Source: Squalus acanthias (lineage: Eukaryota). Taken from it: a stretch of DNA of 64,000 bases. Positions 46,042 to 59,905 of the stretch are shown one piece after another (positions within the stretch are counted from its first letter, which is position 1; the number at the start of each line of letters is the position of its first letter). The DNA lies in contig CM059432.1 of the NCBI GenBank assembly GCA_030390025.1, forward strand, positions 147,314,001 to 147,378,000, in the 5' to 3' direction. The translations under genes and the position numbers were made by a program. The notes beneath the pieces were generated by a model that worked only from the letters and a program-made list of their open reading frames with translations, was not told where the DNA came from and ran no database searches.

Positions 46042-47766
46042 ATTTTATAAACTGCAGTAGTTGTCTGTAGAATAAGTTACACATGGCGGTCTGGTAGTTT
46101 AGGCAGCAAAGCACCTGCAGATGCTTATAGCTTCCAATCCTCGACGCAGGGCTCGCTTGCTAACAACTGCAACAACTTTTATCAGCCCCCATTGGGATCA
46201 ATAGATGGAATGCCTTACTGTGGCAAGGTAGGATGCATTTTATGAATGCAGACTCTCGCTGTGGAGCACCACTCCTGCCTGGAATATCAGGTAATCATTA
46301 GGAACTCCTGAAATGTTCTACCATATGCTCCTGGCAGGCTAGATACTGCACCAGGGGTATGCATAAGATTTACTTGATATTTCCATCTCCTCCCCCTGCA
46401 CCTGGCACCAGATAGGCTGATCGCACACAAGAATGCAAATTTGAAGAAGTGGATTTACAGAAAATACAGAGTGAGACTCATAGGAGAAAATGGTCAGAAA
46501 GGGGAAATAATAAATCTTAAAGGTAAACAAAAAAGACAGAATGAGAGACGAATAAAGAGACTGTGTGACAAACATTAAGAGCGAACAATGTTGGGAAATT
46601 ACACTGAGGCATTTCCACAGTCCGCAAAACCATTAATCTTCTTGATCCATAGTTGGAGGACCATGACTTGTTCATTAATAATTTGTTTCATTCTCAGTAA
46701 TTTGGCACTTACTTGAGAAAACAGTTGGATACCAGCTCTTGAGTGTGGCTGATGTAACTGTGTGGAAGGTAGGCTGGATACTGGGGGAAAGTGCCTCCCT
46801 GTCACCGTGATCTCCTAGAACTTGTTTGATTGCCTTCAGGGCTGGGAGAGGAATTTCCCAGAATTTTGTGGACTTTTCCTCTGCTTCTTCACCTCTCCAA
46901 GGAGATTGCTTGGCTACTAGGTAGATTGGGGAGTAGTGGGGGAGGGGTGCATAAGTTACACCATGACAGAGTGGAACAGAGTCAAAGGACCAACTGATCT
47001 TCTCCTGTCCTTCACTTTTTTATGTTTTTAAATTGACCTTAGGTTTATAAAAATGTTTTGCCTCGTCCAGGCGATCATGTGGTGGGGAGGGGAGTTGTTG
47101 GTGCACATAGGCTGCACCATGTTTGGATGGGGCAGGTTAGATGAATCAGCTGGTATTTTCCTGTCCTTTTTCATATGCTTCCATGCCGCCTGTATGATTC
47201 TATCACAGCCAGCGCTCACGATGGAAAAGACAGCAGGTAAAGAAAACTTGTGCAGCTTCTGTGAAAGTAAATGAATTTCCCAGCCTGCTGAAGCGGAGTC
47301 CCAGTTATCTCACCAACACACGAGCACCTGGCGCTTCTATTACTCCCAGAAAACTAATCCTTGTTGCTTCAAACAAAGCGTAGCAAGTGTGACAAGGGAA
47401 ACCTGGGAGCTGAAAGGTTGCTGCTGTTTGTCGTTTATTTTGTAATGTGCTCTGAGTGGCTTGGCAGCTGCATCTTTGCTTCTTTGTAATTATGGTATTT
47501 GAGAGAGATGTAAAAAAGAGTTAACTACCAGGGGGCAAAATCCAGAGAGGATTGTATCAATATTGAATTCTCGAATCTAAACATGTTATGTAACATAAGC
47601 TTTGTATTAATGTTAAGTGCTGTTCAGAGATATTTGTTAAAGAACGAAAGATACAAATTAGTTCAAGCTTTACTTAAGTTTTATAGTTTTTGGTCCACAC
47701 TGTAAAGACTCATTCCCTAACCTGATAGAACAGTCTGCTGATTCAATGTTGAAGGAAGACTTGTTG

Positions 47767-48272
47767 AACATACGAGCATACGCATTAGGAGCAGGAGTCG
47801 GCCACTCAGCCCCTCGAGCCTGCTCCGCCATTCAATAAGATCATGGCTGATCTGATTACTCCACATTCCCGCCTACCCCCGATAACCTTTCACCCCCTTG
47901 CTTATCAAGAATCTATCTACCTCTGCCTTAAAAATATTCAAAGACTCTGCTTCCACCGCCCTCTGAGGAAGAGAGTTTCAAAGACTCACGACCCTCTGTG
48001 AGAAAAAATTTCTCCTCATCTCTGTCTTAAATGGGCGACCCCTTATTTTTAAACAGTGACCCCTAGTTCTAGATTCTCCCACAAGAGGAAACATCCTCTC
48101 CACATCCACCCTGTCAAGACCCCTCAGGATCTTGTATGTTTCAATCAAGTCACCTCTTACTCTTCTAAACTCCAACGGATACAAGCCTAGCCTGTCCAAC
48201 CTTTCCTCATAAGACAACCCGCCCATTCCAGGTATTAGTCTAGTAAACCTTCTCTGAACTGCTTCCAACACA
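47767..48272 (-). mobile_element. CR1 LINE 3' fragment
   Basis: ORF 47978..48337; CR1 tail. Confidence 0.9.
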
Positions 48273-48763
48273 TTTACATTGAATTCAGTCTCTCTCAAAC
48301 TTTGAATGGAATTATAAACATTTTTGCTCAAATGCATTGCATTTTATACCTCCAACATGAAGGAACTGTTAAGCAGAATATTAATATTTGAATATCTCAG
48401 ATTTCTAGTATTTTGCTTCTGTATTAATATTTGAAGTTGGGTCTAGAATCAAAAGAAAAGCTGATTTAAAATAAATGGCCGTAACTTGGTCCGTGAGCTT
48501 TAGTTTGGGTACTCAGGCTAGGTAAATGTAGTTTTATCGGTGACTTTGGTTTCCTAGGAAAATGTCTATTTACCATCCAGCTTTATTTGATTTTATAGTT
48601 GGCAGTTTTGGCCTGGCTGTAAAGAAACCACTTTTGTGGCTGAATGACAGTACTTTTAAACACAGCTGGTTGACGCTCATGCCTAATGTGTAAGAGGCAG
48701 AGGCATAACCGTGTAATGCAAAATACAAGGCAGCGAGACAGCTGTACAAGCATAATTACAGCA

Positions 48764-49063
48764 ACCCCACCCCACCCCACCCCACCTCCCCCACCCCACC
48801 CCACCCCACCCCACCCCACCTCCCCCACCCCACCCCACCCAACCCCACCCCACCTCCCCCACCCCACCCTACCCCACCTCCCCCACCCCACCCAACCCCA
48901 CCCCACCTCCCCCACCCCACCCCACCTCCCCCACCCCACCCCACCCCACCCCACCCCACCTCCCCCACCCCACCCCACCCCACCCAACCCCACCCCACCT
49001 CCCCCACCCCACCCCACCCCACTCCACCCCACCTCCCCCACCCCACCCCACCCCACCTCCCCC
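48764..49063. repeat. (CCCCA)n-type simple repeat with CCCCACCTCCCCCA variants
   Basis: Read directly from the sequence. Confidence 0.95.
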
Positions 49064-49979
49064 AAGAAAGAAGCGTGAAGCCCTCTAGCGCCCCCTTCAG
49101 GAGGCCATATTAAAATAAATTTTAAAAAGATACCTGTTTCTCTTCAGGGTCCAGGCCATGATTTTAGTCCCGACTCCCAGGTGGGACCCAGTACTGCATT
49201 TCAGTGGCTTGGTATGCCCAGTGACATGCTGCTGCCAACGATATGCTGGGACCCCGGGAGGGTTTGGGATGTGGGAGCTCTTGGCACTGGGCCTGGCCCT
49301 TTTCCTCTTTTTTTTTAAGAAGAGAACAGAGGCTCCACCTCTTACAAGGCTTGTGAAATTCCAAATGTAAGGCCAATGTCCGGGTTCCAGTCTAAGTTGC
49401 TGCCCCTCGGGGTTACTGCTAGTGTTGTGCACCACAAGTGCCACAGATTCTTTGGCTGCTGTCAGTTTAACGATCACAGTTTAAATGGTTAGAGCAGGGA
49501 TGGGCAACTATTTGGGCTGCAGGGCCATTAACGGGGAGGAATTTTAACCTAAAAAAAATGGGTGGGTTGGGGTGTGTGTGGGAAGTTAAAGTGTTAAAAG
49601 TCTGAATCCTGACCTGAACCTGCCTCCAACTTTCGGTTTCAACGGAGGCGGGACGGAGGGCGGACAGCCAACCGCTGCCTGGAGGCGGGTCGTCTATTTA
49701 AATATTAGAACGAGGCTGGAATCCTCTGCTTTAACCTCCATTTTGAATTTAACTTTAGCTGGTTGGGTTTTGCAGGCCTCATGAAACCCGCCAGCTGATG
49801 CTGGATACAGGAGGTCAGTGCCTTTACACTCACCTCCTGAATCCAGTATCTCTACCAAACCCAACCCCTGCGATCGGAGAGCCCCCCACCCAAGACTTTG
49901 ATCTCCCCCCGCCCACCTCCCTCCCCGGGCCTCCAATCCCCCCACCCACGCTCCTCCGGTCCCCCTCCCTAAGTTCTAA

Positions 49980-52328
49980 GTGCAATGAGAAGGGGTTAAT
50001 TAATAACCTTGTTGTGCGGGGTCCTTTCGGGAAGAGTGACCATAACATGATAGAATTCTTCATTAAGATGGAAAGTGAAGAAGTCCAATCCAAAACTAGG
50101 GTCCTAAATCTAAACAAAGGAAACTACGAAGGTATGCGGAGGGAGTTGGCTATGATAGATTGGGGAGCTTCATTAAAAGGCATGATGGTGGATAGGCAAT
50201 GGCTAACATTTAAGGAACGAATGCATGAATTGCAACAGTTATACATTCCTTTCTGACGCAAAAACACAAAAGGAAAAGCGGCCCAACCATGGCTAACAAA
50301 ATAAATTAAGGATAGTATTAGATCCAAAGAGGAGTCATATAAAGTTGCCAGAAAAAGTAGTAAGCCTGAGGATTGGGTGCAGTTTAGAATTCAGCAAAAA
50401 AGGACCAAGAGATTGATTAAGAGGAGAAAAATAGAGTATGAGAGTAAACTTGCAAGGAACATAAAATAGTAATAGCAGACTGTAAAAGCTTTTACAAGTA
50501 TGTAAAAATAAAAAGATTAGTGAAGACAAATGTAGGTCCCTTACAGTCAGAAACGGAGAATTTATAATGGAGAACAAGGAAATGGCAGAGCAATTAAACA
50601 AATACTTTGGTTCTGTCTTCACGGAAGAGGACACAAATAACTTCCCAGAAATGCTAGGGAACCAAGGGTCTAGCGAGAAGGAGGAATTAAAGGAAATTAG
50701 TATTAGTAAAAAAATAGTGCTGGAGAAATTAATGGGACTGAAAGCTGATAAATCCCCAGGGCCTGATAATCTGCATCCCAGAGTACTAAAAGAGGTAGCC
50801 ATGGAAATAGTGGATGTATTGGTTGTCATCTTCCAAAATTCTATAGGTTATGGAACAGTTCCTGCAGATTGGAGGGTGGCAAATGTAACCCCACTATTTA
50901 AAAAGGGAGAGAGAGAGAAAACAGGGAACTACAGACCGGTTAGCCTAACATCAGTAGTAGGGAAAATGCTAGAGTCTATTATAAAGGATGTGATAACAGG
51001 ACACGTGGAAAATATCAACGGGATTAGACAAAGTCAACATGGATTTATGAAAGGGAAATCGTGTTTGACAAACCTACTGGAGTTTTTTGAGGATGTAACT
51101 GGTAGACTAGATAAGGGAGAGCCAGTGGATGTGGTGTATTTGGATTTTCAGAAGGCCTTTGATAAAGTCCCACATAAGAGGTTAGTGTGCAAAATTAAAG
51201 CACATGGGATTGGGGGTAACATACTGGCATGGATTGAAAATTGGTTAACAGACAGGAAACAGAGAGTAGTAATAAATGGGTCTTTTTCGGGGTGGCAGGC
51301 GGTGACTAGTAGGGTACCGCAGGGATCAGTGCTTGGGCCCCAGCTATTCACAATATATATCAATGATTTGGATGAGGGAACCAAATGTAAAATTTCCAAG
51401 TTTGCTGATGACACAAAACTAGGTGGAATTGTGAGTTGTGAGGAGGATTCAAGGCGATTTAGACAAGTTGAGTGAGTGGGCAAATACATGGCAGATGCAG
51501 TATAACGTGGATAAATGTGAAGTTATCCACTTCGGTAGGAAAAACAGAAAGGTAGAGTATTATTTAAATGTGATAGATTGGGAAATGTTGATGTACAAAG
51601 GGACCTGAGTGTCCTTGTACACCAGTCACTAAAAGCAAACATGCAGGTGCAGCAAGCAGTTAGGAAGGCAAATGGTATGTTGGCCATCATTGCAAGAGGA
51701 TTTGAGTACAGGAGCAAGGATGTCTTACTACAGTTATACAGGGCCTTGGTGAGACCACACCTGGAGTACTGTGTGCAGTTTTGGTCTCCTTACCTAAGAA
51801 AGGATATACTTGCCATAGAGGGAGTGCAGCGAAGGTTCACCAGACTGATTCCTGGGAAGGCAGGACTGTCGTATGAGGAGAGATTGGGTCGACTAGATCT
51901 GTATTCACTAGAGTTTAGAAGAATGAGGGGATCTCATTGAAACGTATAAAATTCTGACAGGGCTAGACAGACTGGATGCAGGGAGGATGTTTCCCCTGGC
52001 TGGGGGGTCTAGAACGAGGGATCACAGTCTCAGGATACGGGGTAGGACATTTAGGACTGAGATGAGGAGAAATTTCTTCACTCAGAGGGTGGTGAACCTG
52101 TGGAATTCTCTACCACAGAAGGCTGTGGAGGCCAAGTCACTGAATATATTTAAGAAGGAGATAGATAGATTTCTAGACACAAAAGGCATCAAGGGGTATG
52201 GGGAGAGAGCGGGAATATGGTATTGAGATAGAGGATCAGCCATGATCATATTGAATGGCGGAGCAGGCTCAAAGGGCCGAATGGCTGACTCCTGCTCCTA
52301 TTTTTCTATTTTTCTATGTTTCTATGTT
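49980..52328 (+). mobile_element. CR1 LINE, 2.3-kb 5'-truncated copy including RT
   Basis: ORF 50567..51475 with KSPGPD, NYRPVSLTS, YLDFQKAFDKVPH, VPQGSVLGP and KFADD, plus later frameshifted pieces and an (TTTCTATG)n tail. Confidence 0.95.
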
Positions 52329-54184
52329 CTAAACAATCGGTACCAACAATTGGTAAACAATCTTCCAATCGATTCGATTGTGTCAATTCCGAGTCATGTT
52401 GCCAATGGCATTATTTGATATATTTAAAGTATTTATGTTATCGTGCATTTATCTGGAAAGTTTGCACAGATTTATGGAAACTGAACCCACAAACCGTGAG
52501 TCACTCACCTTTCACGTTGCAGTGACGGAGCAGAAACTGAGGTTTCGGGTGTGGTAACGACACCTTGATGCAGCGAACGGCAGATTCGAGTTGCCTCGCC
52601 TCTGTTTTTGGTAATGACTCCCCCGCTGCCTCGGAGACAATGACCCGGCTCCTGCCATTCCGTGGGGCGAGGTCAGGCTATGGTTCAGGTGCGGCATACG
52701 TTTGGCCTCGAAGCCAGGCCTTGGCGGGCCGGAGTGAATCCATTGGCGGGTCGGATACGGCCCACGGGCTGTCTTTTGCTCACCACTGGGTTAGAATCAC
52801 TAGAGATCCCTCAAAATCAGGTGATATCAATTGGCAAAGCTCAGTCATGATCTCCCTGAATCTCTCTCGATAAGTGCCTCTTTGTAACAGCAAGCTAATT
52901 TAACAGAGAGTTTGTAAACTCTTTCCTACAGTTAATTCTTGGTCCTGGCTCTCCTTCTCCTGTGTTACCCTTCCTCCACAAACTATACTATCCATTGTGT
53001 CAACGCAATGGCACAATATTCTGTGTGTTGGTAATCAGACTTATTGAGCAGATGTTTTACCCTTTTATAAGAGTCGAAAGTAGTTCTTATTGAACTTGAC
53101 TTGATCTATCGTATAAAATTAGCCCAATTTTGTGTTTTTAGTTTATCAGCAATTAATACTAAGCTAACTCTACATCAGAAAATTCAATTTAACTTTAACA
53201 GTATTTAAGCCAAATCAAATCACTAATGTTGGAAACTATGACCCAAAACCACACTGTGCTACACTTCATATCATATTTACCATCTTCCTCCTAATATGCC
53301 AGGTTTGCCCTTGGTAGGAACTTTAGGATGCGATTTATGAGAGCTCGATTGAAAAGGAATGATTAATGCCAGATCAAATTACCTGCCTACTTGTATTAAT
53401 GCTGGCGCTGAGGACTTGTCACCAAAAATATGAAATAAAATAATCAGGAGGGCCTGAATTTCCAACCGTCTCCGAATTTTCCATTTAAAAAAATGTACGA
53501 GCAAAGGTAAGAGCAAATATTGCAACCTTCTTCTCCCTCCCCGCCCCCAGATAACCACTTGGGAAGCTTTCAAATTATTTTCCTTACCAACACTAAGTGG
53601 AAGGTCGGCGATACTGGGGACTGAGCGACAATCTGCTTTACGGAAAATCTCGGCCCTTGTGCTGTTGCAGCGTATTTCTGTCTGCTGAACTAAACTCCAA
53701 TGACTTGATTAACTCTCATATAGCAAGCAGTGACCATGTGATCGTCGCCAACAGGCAAACTGTACCACTTATTGCGGAATATAAATAAGCTCAAAAATCC
53801 ACAGCGATTCTGGCCTTAATTTTAGTGGGAATCCACTGGGATGGGCAACACCTCGGCCAGGGTCCAAGCATTGGGCTGAAAAAATCTGCATGGCCTTGTG
53901 AGGGCAGAAACTCTGCTCACCCCAAACAAGATATTCAGCACAAGGGAGGAGAGAGAGGCAGGGCCAGGGACAGGGACCTCCTTCATTGGGAGTTCCCATG
54001 CCCCAGGGCATCAAAAGGACCCAAGCCTGGTCAGACATCCAACGGTTGTGGGGACTCACGTGAAGAAAGAGGGATTTTTTTTTAAATGATAAGTGTACAA
54101 GCAACCCCATGTGTTTTTTCTTTTGGGAGGATTGGGAGTTAGGCCCTCTCCTTCCAGGCCCAGCTACCATGGCATTCTTTCCAA

Positions 54185-54707
54185 CAAGGAAGGATATACT
54201 TGCCAGAGAGGGCGCGCAACGAAGGTTCAGGAGATTGATTCCTGGGATGGCGGGACTGTCGTATGAGAAGAGATTGAGTAAACTAGGCCTGTATTCTCTT
54301 GAATTCAGAAGAATGAGAGGGGATCTCATTGAACCATACAAAATTATTACAGGTCTTGATAGGGTGGATGCTGGGAGAATGTTTCCCTTGGCTGGGGAGT
54401 CTCGAACCAGGGGCCACAGCCTCAGGATAAAGGGTAGGCTATTCAGGACTGAGATGAGAAGAAATTTCTTCACACAGAGGGTGGTGAATCTTTGGAATTC
54501 TCTACCCCAGAGGGCTGTGGAGGCTCAGTCATTGGGTATATTCAAAACTGAAGTCGATAGATTTCTGACTAGTAAAGGCTTCAAGGGATATGGCGATAGG
54601 GCCGGTGAATGGAGTTGAGGCAGAAGATCAGCCATGATCTTATTGAATGGCGGAGCAGGCTCGAAGGGCCGAATGGCCTACTCCTGCTCCTATTTCTTAT
54701 GTTCTTA
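54185..54707 (+). mobile_element. CR1 LINE 3' fragment
   Basis: ORF 54109..54618; same subfamily as 61418-61678. Confidence 0.92.
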
Positions 54708-55140
54708 TCTTTACAATGCCTTAGATGTGCCGCTAGTGCCACAGGTACCTGCCTTTATCAGCCAAATGAAGGAACCTCCCCTGAACTCCAAAACTTTGGC
54801 AGGGCTGGTAGTGAGTATCGCAGACCACTGGGAAATGGGCAGGGGTGGGTGGAAGTGCTGTCCTGCCAAATCTGTAACCCTTGCAGACAGGAAATTCAGC
54901 CCCTATACTGTTGCGTTTTCTGTTATTGAATTAGATCTACTGAAAAACTGATCCCATTAGTCATGAATGCATGTTTCAAGTTGCGTGCACTGGAACTAAT
55001 TAACTTGAAATATCCAACTTAGGCCGGGAGTCCATTGAAACTTGTGTAGGTGAAATAGTAACTGGTTATGGGGTGCAAGCCCTTGGAATTAGTTTGAGCA
55101 GCGCTAACCTTCAAAGTGCCTTACACACTGGCAGTTGTGA

Positions 55141-55517
55141 ACATAGAAACATAGAAAAATAGAAGCAGGAGGAGGCCATTCGGCCCTTCGAGCCTGCTCC
55201 GCCATTCAATATGATCATGGCTGATCCTCTATCTCAATACCATATTCCCGCTCTCTCCCCATACCCCTTGATGCCTTTTGTGTCTAGAAATCTATCGAAT
55301 CTCCTTCTTAAATATATTCAGTGACTTGGCCTCCACAGCCTTCTGTGGTAGAGAATTCCACAGGTTCACCACCCTCTGAGTGAAGAAATTTCTCCTCATC
55401 TCAGTCGAAAATGTCCTACCCCGTATCCTGAGACTGTGACCCCTCATTCTAGACGCCCCAGCCAGGGGAAACATCCTCCCTGCATCCAGTCTCTCTAGCC
55501 CTGTCAGAATTTTATAT
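55141..55517 (-). mobile_element. CR1 LINE 3' fragment
   Basis: ORF 55292..55474; CR1 tail. Confidence 0.9.
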
Positions 55518-56136
55518 GAGTGAATAACGGAAGAATATCAGGGCATTACTCTTCAGCATGCTATCTCTGTACAAAGGCCATGCAGCATTAAATGAACCAA
55601 TCTTCAAAGCTTTTCAGAATGTGTCTTTTTTAATCTAATGATTAGCACATAAAATAACAATGATGTAACAGCAATCTTGGACTAACTGTACCAGTGTCAA
55701 GTCATTTTTCTAATTGAATTCGGCAAAGCTTATCCACTTTCTCGGATCACGGTACAGTTTACATGAATACAAGTTTAGTAATGCTGAAAAAAGCACACAC
55801 AGAAGGAAATGGGTACAAAAGAATCAATGACTCTTCTCTATTGTAAAATGATTAAGTAGTTAATTTTTCTCCATCCTTTTCATCATCTTCCGCAAACGCT
55901 GCCCGCTTCTCCTCTTTCATTAATTTGACACCTGGAATGAAAACACAATACAATGTACTGAAAATGGTATTAACCATCCTGAGTTAAAGAAAAGGGAGAT
56001 TAAGAAAATGTTGTGAGTTAGACAATCTCAAAGTGTGATGAACTCTCTCATTGTTTTTTCGTGGAAGATGGCTGAGGTTGCAAAAACTAATAACCAGTGC
56101 CCGAATTGGCAACACCATCTCGTCTTATGATTTTAC

Positions 56137-56403
56137 CCAAAAATGTGTGGGTTAGGTTGATTTGGCTATGATAAATTGACCCTTAGTGTTAGGGGGGGAT
56201 TAAATATGTGGGGTGATGGGATATGTTAGGGGGAATTAAATACGTGAGGTTACGGGGGTAGGGTGGGATATGTGTACTGTGGGGATTACAGCAGGGACAG
56301 GGTACTGGATTTGGATGATCAGCCATGATCGTATTGAATGGTGGAGCAGGCTCGACGGGCTGAATGGCCTACTCCTGCTCCTAGATTCTATGTTTCTATG
56401 TTT
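56137..56403 (+). mobile_element. 5'-truncated HE1-like SINE
   Basis: Near-identical to 32848-33126. Confidence 0.88.
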
Positions 56404-56593
56404 ACGGTATGAGTTAGAGCATTGAAGCTTAAATTCAGCAATCCCGAGCTCCCTCCGGAGAAGCCGCTTGAAAGAAACATGGGTTGGGGAATTGTGCTCA
56501 CAGTGGCGTAGCCTTATCATTGACCCGTGCTCCATCTGAACGGGCTCCTCGCTGGGAGTGCTGAATTGAGCTTTCTCGAGATAACAACAACTT

Positions 56594-58410
56594 GGGCATA
56601 AAATCTGTAGCTCCCGTTTTTTTGGGTGCTATGAGTGCTTTTAGAGGTCCAAAATGGTGTCCACAGCGCGCACGCACACTTCTGGTGTGAGTCACGCTGG
56701 ACGCCATATTGGTGAGGGTGTTAGTGCGCGCGCAGTGAGCGTCCGCTGGAAGGAAGCAGAGTAGGCAGATCATGACGTCAGTCAGGGTGTAAACGCTGAT
56801 TTGACGTCAGCGCTGGCATTTTGGAGCTCAATGCTTCAGCTAACGCCTTCTCTGAAGCTCGCACAGCTGAACACGCCTTTAGCAGAAGGAAGGACCCCCC
56901 ACCAGCGCTGGTTAAATGGGTCATCAACTAATTACAGGTTAGTTGCTGATTGATTTCTTCTGGCTGTTGTTATGGTTGTACAAGTGTTTGGTGCTTTCCA
57001 GAGTTCTTTAAAGTTGCTAAAGTCTGCAGGGAATGGTGTGGCAGGGCCTGAAGGACTTTGTCCTGACTTCAAGGCTTCTGCAAAAACCACTTGCTCCCAG
57101 AAATGGGTGCAGTAGTCAACATTACTGGCCTACAGCATGATAGGGAGCGTGAACAGAGGTGACGCAGAGCAGGACAAGCTGCTAGAAGAGGGAGGAGGAG
57201 GGAGAGAAGTGCTCTCAGCAGGAGGCCATATTTGCCCAGGGTGTTCAGGGAGCAATTCACCTACCTGAACCTCAGCGAGGAACACTATCAGGCAGCTGCG
57301 CTTCAGTAAGGACATCCTCACTGAAATCTGCCAACTGCTGCAGCCACAACTGCAGCCTCAGAGCCGGGCGAGGACCACACTGCCAGTGGCTGTGCAGGTG
57401 GCCGTGAACTTTTACGCGTCGGCTACTTCCAGGCTGGAGCTGGAGATATTTGCAACATCTCCTAGTTTGCCGTCCACTGTTGCATAAAGGAGGTCACTGA
57501 GGCTCTGTATTCAAAGAAAGCTGAGGACATTTCATTCTATCTTGCCAGAGAGCAGCAGGCAGAGCGAGCACATGGCTTAGCGAGGATTGCAGGTTTCCCC
57601 ATGGTGCAGGGTGCCATTGACTGCACGCACGTCACTTTGCGGGTGCCACATGTCAACTCTGAGATGTACTGCAACTGAAAGGGATTCCACTCCCTCAATG
57701 TGACGCTGGTGAGTGACCATAGGCAGCGCATCATGCACGTCAATGCCCGGTATCCTGGCAGCAGTCATGATGCCTTCATTCCTCGGCAGTCCGCTGTGCC
57801 AGCTGGATTTGAGCCACCACGACAAACCAGTGGGTGGCTACTGGCCGACAAGGGCTATCTGCTGGCGACATGGCTCATGACTCTGGTGACAACCCAATGC
57901 ACACGTGGGCAACATGCCTACAATAAAAGCCATGCTGCCACACAAACTTTGATAGCACAGACCATTGGTGTGCTGAAAACAACGCCTCCGCTATCTGGAC
58001 TGCTCTGGAGGATCCCTGCAGTACTCGGCAGAGCAGGTGTCAAGATTTGTGGAGGTCTACTGCATGCTGCACAACCTTGTCATCATGAGGGCACAGCCCT
58101 TGCCACCAGCTATAAGGCGAGTAGCTGAGGAGCAGGAGGAGGAGGAGGAGAAGGAAGATGAGGAGGAGGAAGAAGAAGGGAGGAGGTAACCTAAACAGTC
58201 CCTTTCTGGCCGGACTGTCCGTGAACAACTCATCTGGCTGCGATACCAGTAAACACAACCCCAATTCCCCATTCACCAACAGTCCCACATCTTAACCTCC
58301 CTCTGTCACTGACCATCACAGCATCCGCTTGGCCACAATGCAAAAATAAAAGCCAACACAAAATAAATATTCCAAACAAAATTTATAAATCAGAGCATAT
58401 TGGGCAAGCA
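56594..58410. mobile_element. PIF/Harbinger transposon copy C (transposase half only)
   Basis: Colinear with copy B from the left end through the transposase poly-A region. Confidence 0.85.
57103..58252 (+). pseudogene. HARBI1-like DDE transposase (Harbinger C), inactivated
   Basis: GFPMVQGAIDCTHV; YPGSSHDAFI; WLLADKGY; HAAT; MLHNL; poly-Glu; stops and frameshifts present. Confidence 0.9.
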
Positions 58411-59591
58411 AAGTCCCAATCTGGTCATGGCAGGTGTGGGGGCATTGTGCATCTGCCTGCAGGCGTCGTCTGAGATGCTGAATCTGAGGAAAATATCCAG
58501 GTAATTAGTAATGACCAACCTCACCACAGACCAGTATCTCTGTTGCCAATTGGTAATGAAGAAGAGTTTCTAGTACTACAGCATCCCGGCCCCTTCAAAA
58601 TATTGGTCTTGTGGTGTGGTACTGAGCCATACAGCCCAGAAAGGTCCCAGGGTTGATTTCCGTGCCAGCTATCACTACTGTATGATCAGGATCGCACTGC
58701 AGAATCACAACTGCCCTCCATGTCCCTTGGGTTAAGGAGAAGGGCATTGAACATAGGGAGCACACTTTCTGTCCATAAACCTTACTTCCTGTTGTCACAA
58801 CTCTTGGTCACATTTTTCTGTCATCATCGACCATTGTAAATTGCTATGTCAACACTTGCCAATCAGCTTTGCTCTGTCCACTGACGTGACATTGTTGCAG
58901 GCTCTGACTATCAGGTGGCTCTGCAGGGTGAAGTAGTCTCTCTTCCAACTCTGCCGCCATGTCATATATGAAAAAAAAATTCTATTCATCAACTGATCAT
59001 GGGCAATGTCATGAGCAATTTAACGCGTGTATTTTGAAAGTAGCGTATTTTAAGCAAAAATAATCCAAGGAAACCTTTTTTGTTAGAAAGAAAGATGAAA
59101 TGGGAACTGTGTTAACGTCAAACCTCCAGGTAAGATAATAGTACTTAGGACACACACAGCTTGTCTGTCTTTAGCACAAAGGAAAAGCTATTACACTATC
59201 ACTATAAGTGACCTTTCTCCTTATCTACATTAATTATAGTGCAAGCATTGGTTAAAGATAGATAATTACGTTGTCATTTTATTGTGCAGACACTTGATTC
59301 TTAACTAAAAGGTTAACATCAAGCTGTCACTGTATCTAACATTTTATAGTTAGAATTTAAAACCTAAATGCTACTGTCAACTTGTGATCATGAGTAACTG
59401 TCTTCGATAGGAAGCATTCGGGAGCTGCCAGCACCAGCCAAAGAAATACATTCTGGTGTTTCATCATTAGCTCATGACAAGCATCATTGGTTCTGTTAAT
59501 TTAGTCATTCTAAGTTCAAGGGTGCTTTATCGAACATTTACCAAAGCCTATGGAACAAGACGATTGTGCTTGGCTGCTCATTTTTGGGTAG

Positions 59592-59905
59592 AACATAAGA
59601 ACATAAGAAATAGGAGCAGGAGTCGGCCAATCGGCCCCTCGAGCCTGCTCCGCCATTCAATAAGATCATGGCTGATCTGATCCTAACCGCCAATCTACTA
59701 TCACAGAACCATCTCCTGAACCCAACAGAATTGGACACACGAAATAGGAGCAGGATCAGGCTACACGGCCCCTGGGCCCGCTCCACTACCCACAGGGCCA
59801 TGACCGATCCGAACCTAGACTCATGTCCAAATTCCTGCCCGCTCCCCGTAACCCTTAATTCCCTTTACTTCTAGGAAACTGTCTATTTCTGTTTTAAATT
59901 TATGT
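59592..59905 (-). mobile_element. CR1 3' end with tandemly duplicated 3' UTR
   Basis: GAAATAGGAGCAGGA..GGCCCCT..GCTCC..GATC block occurs twice, at about 59607-59680 and 59741-59812. Confidence 0.75.
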
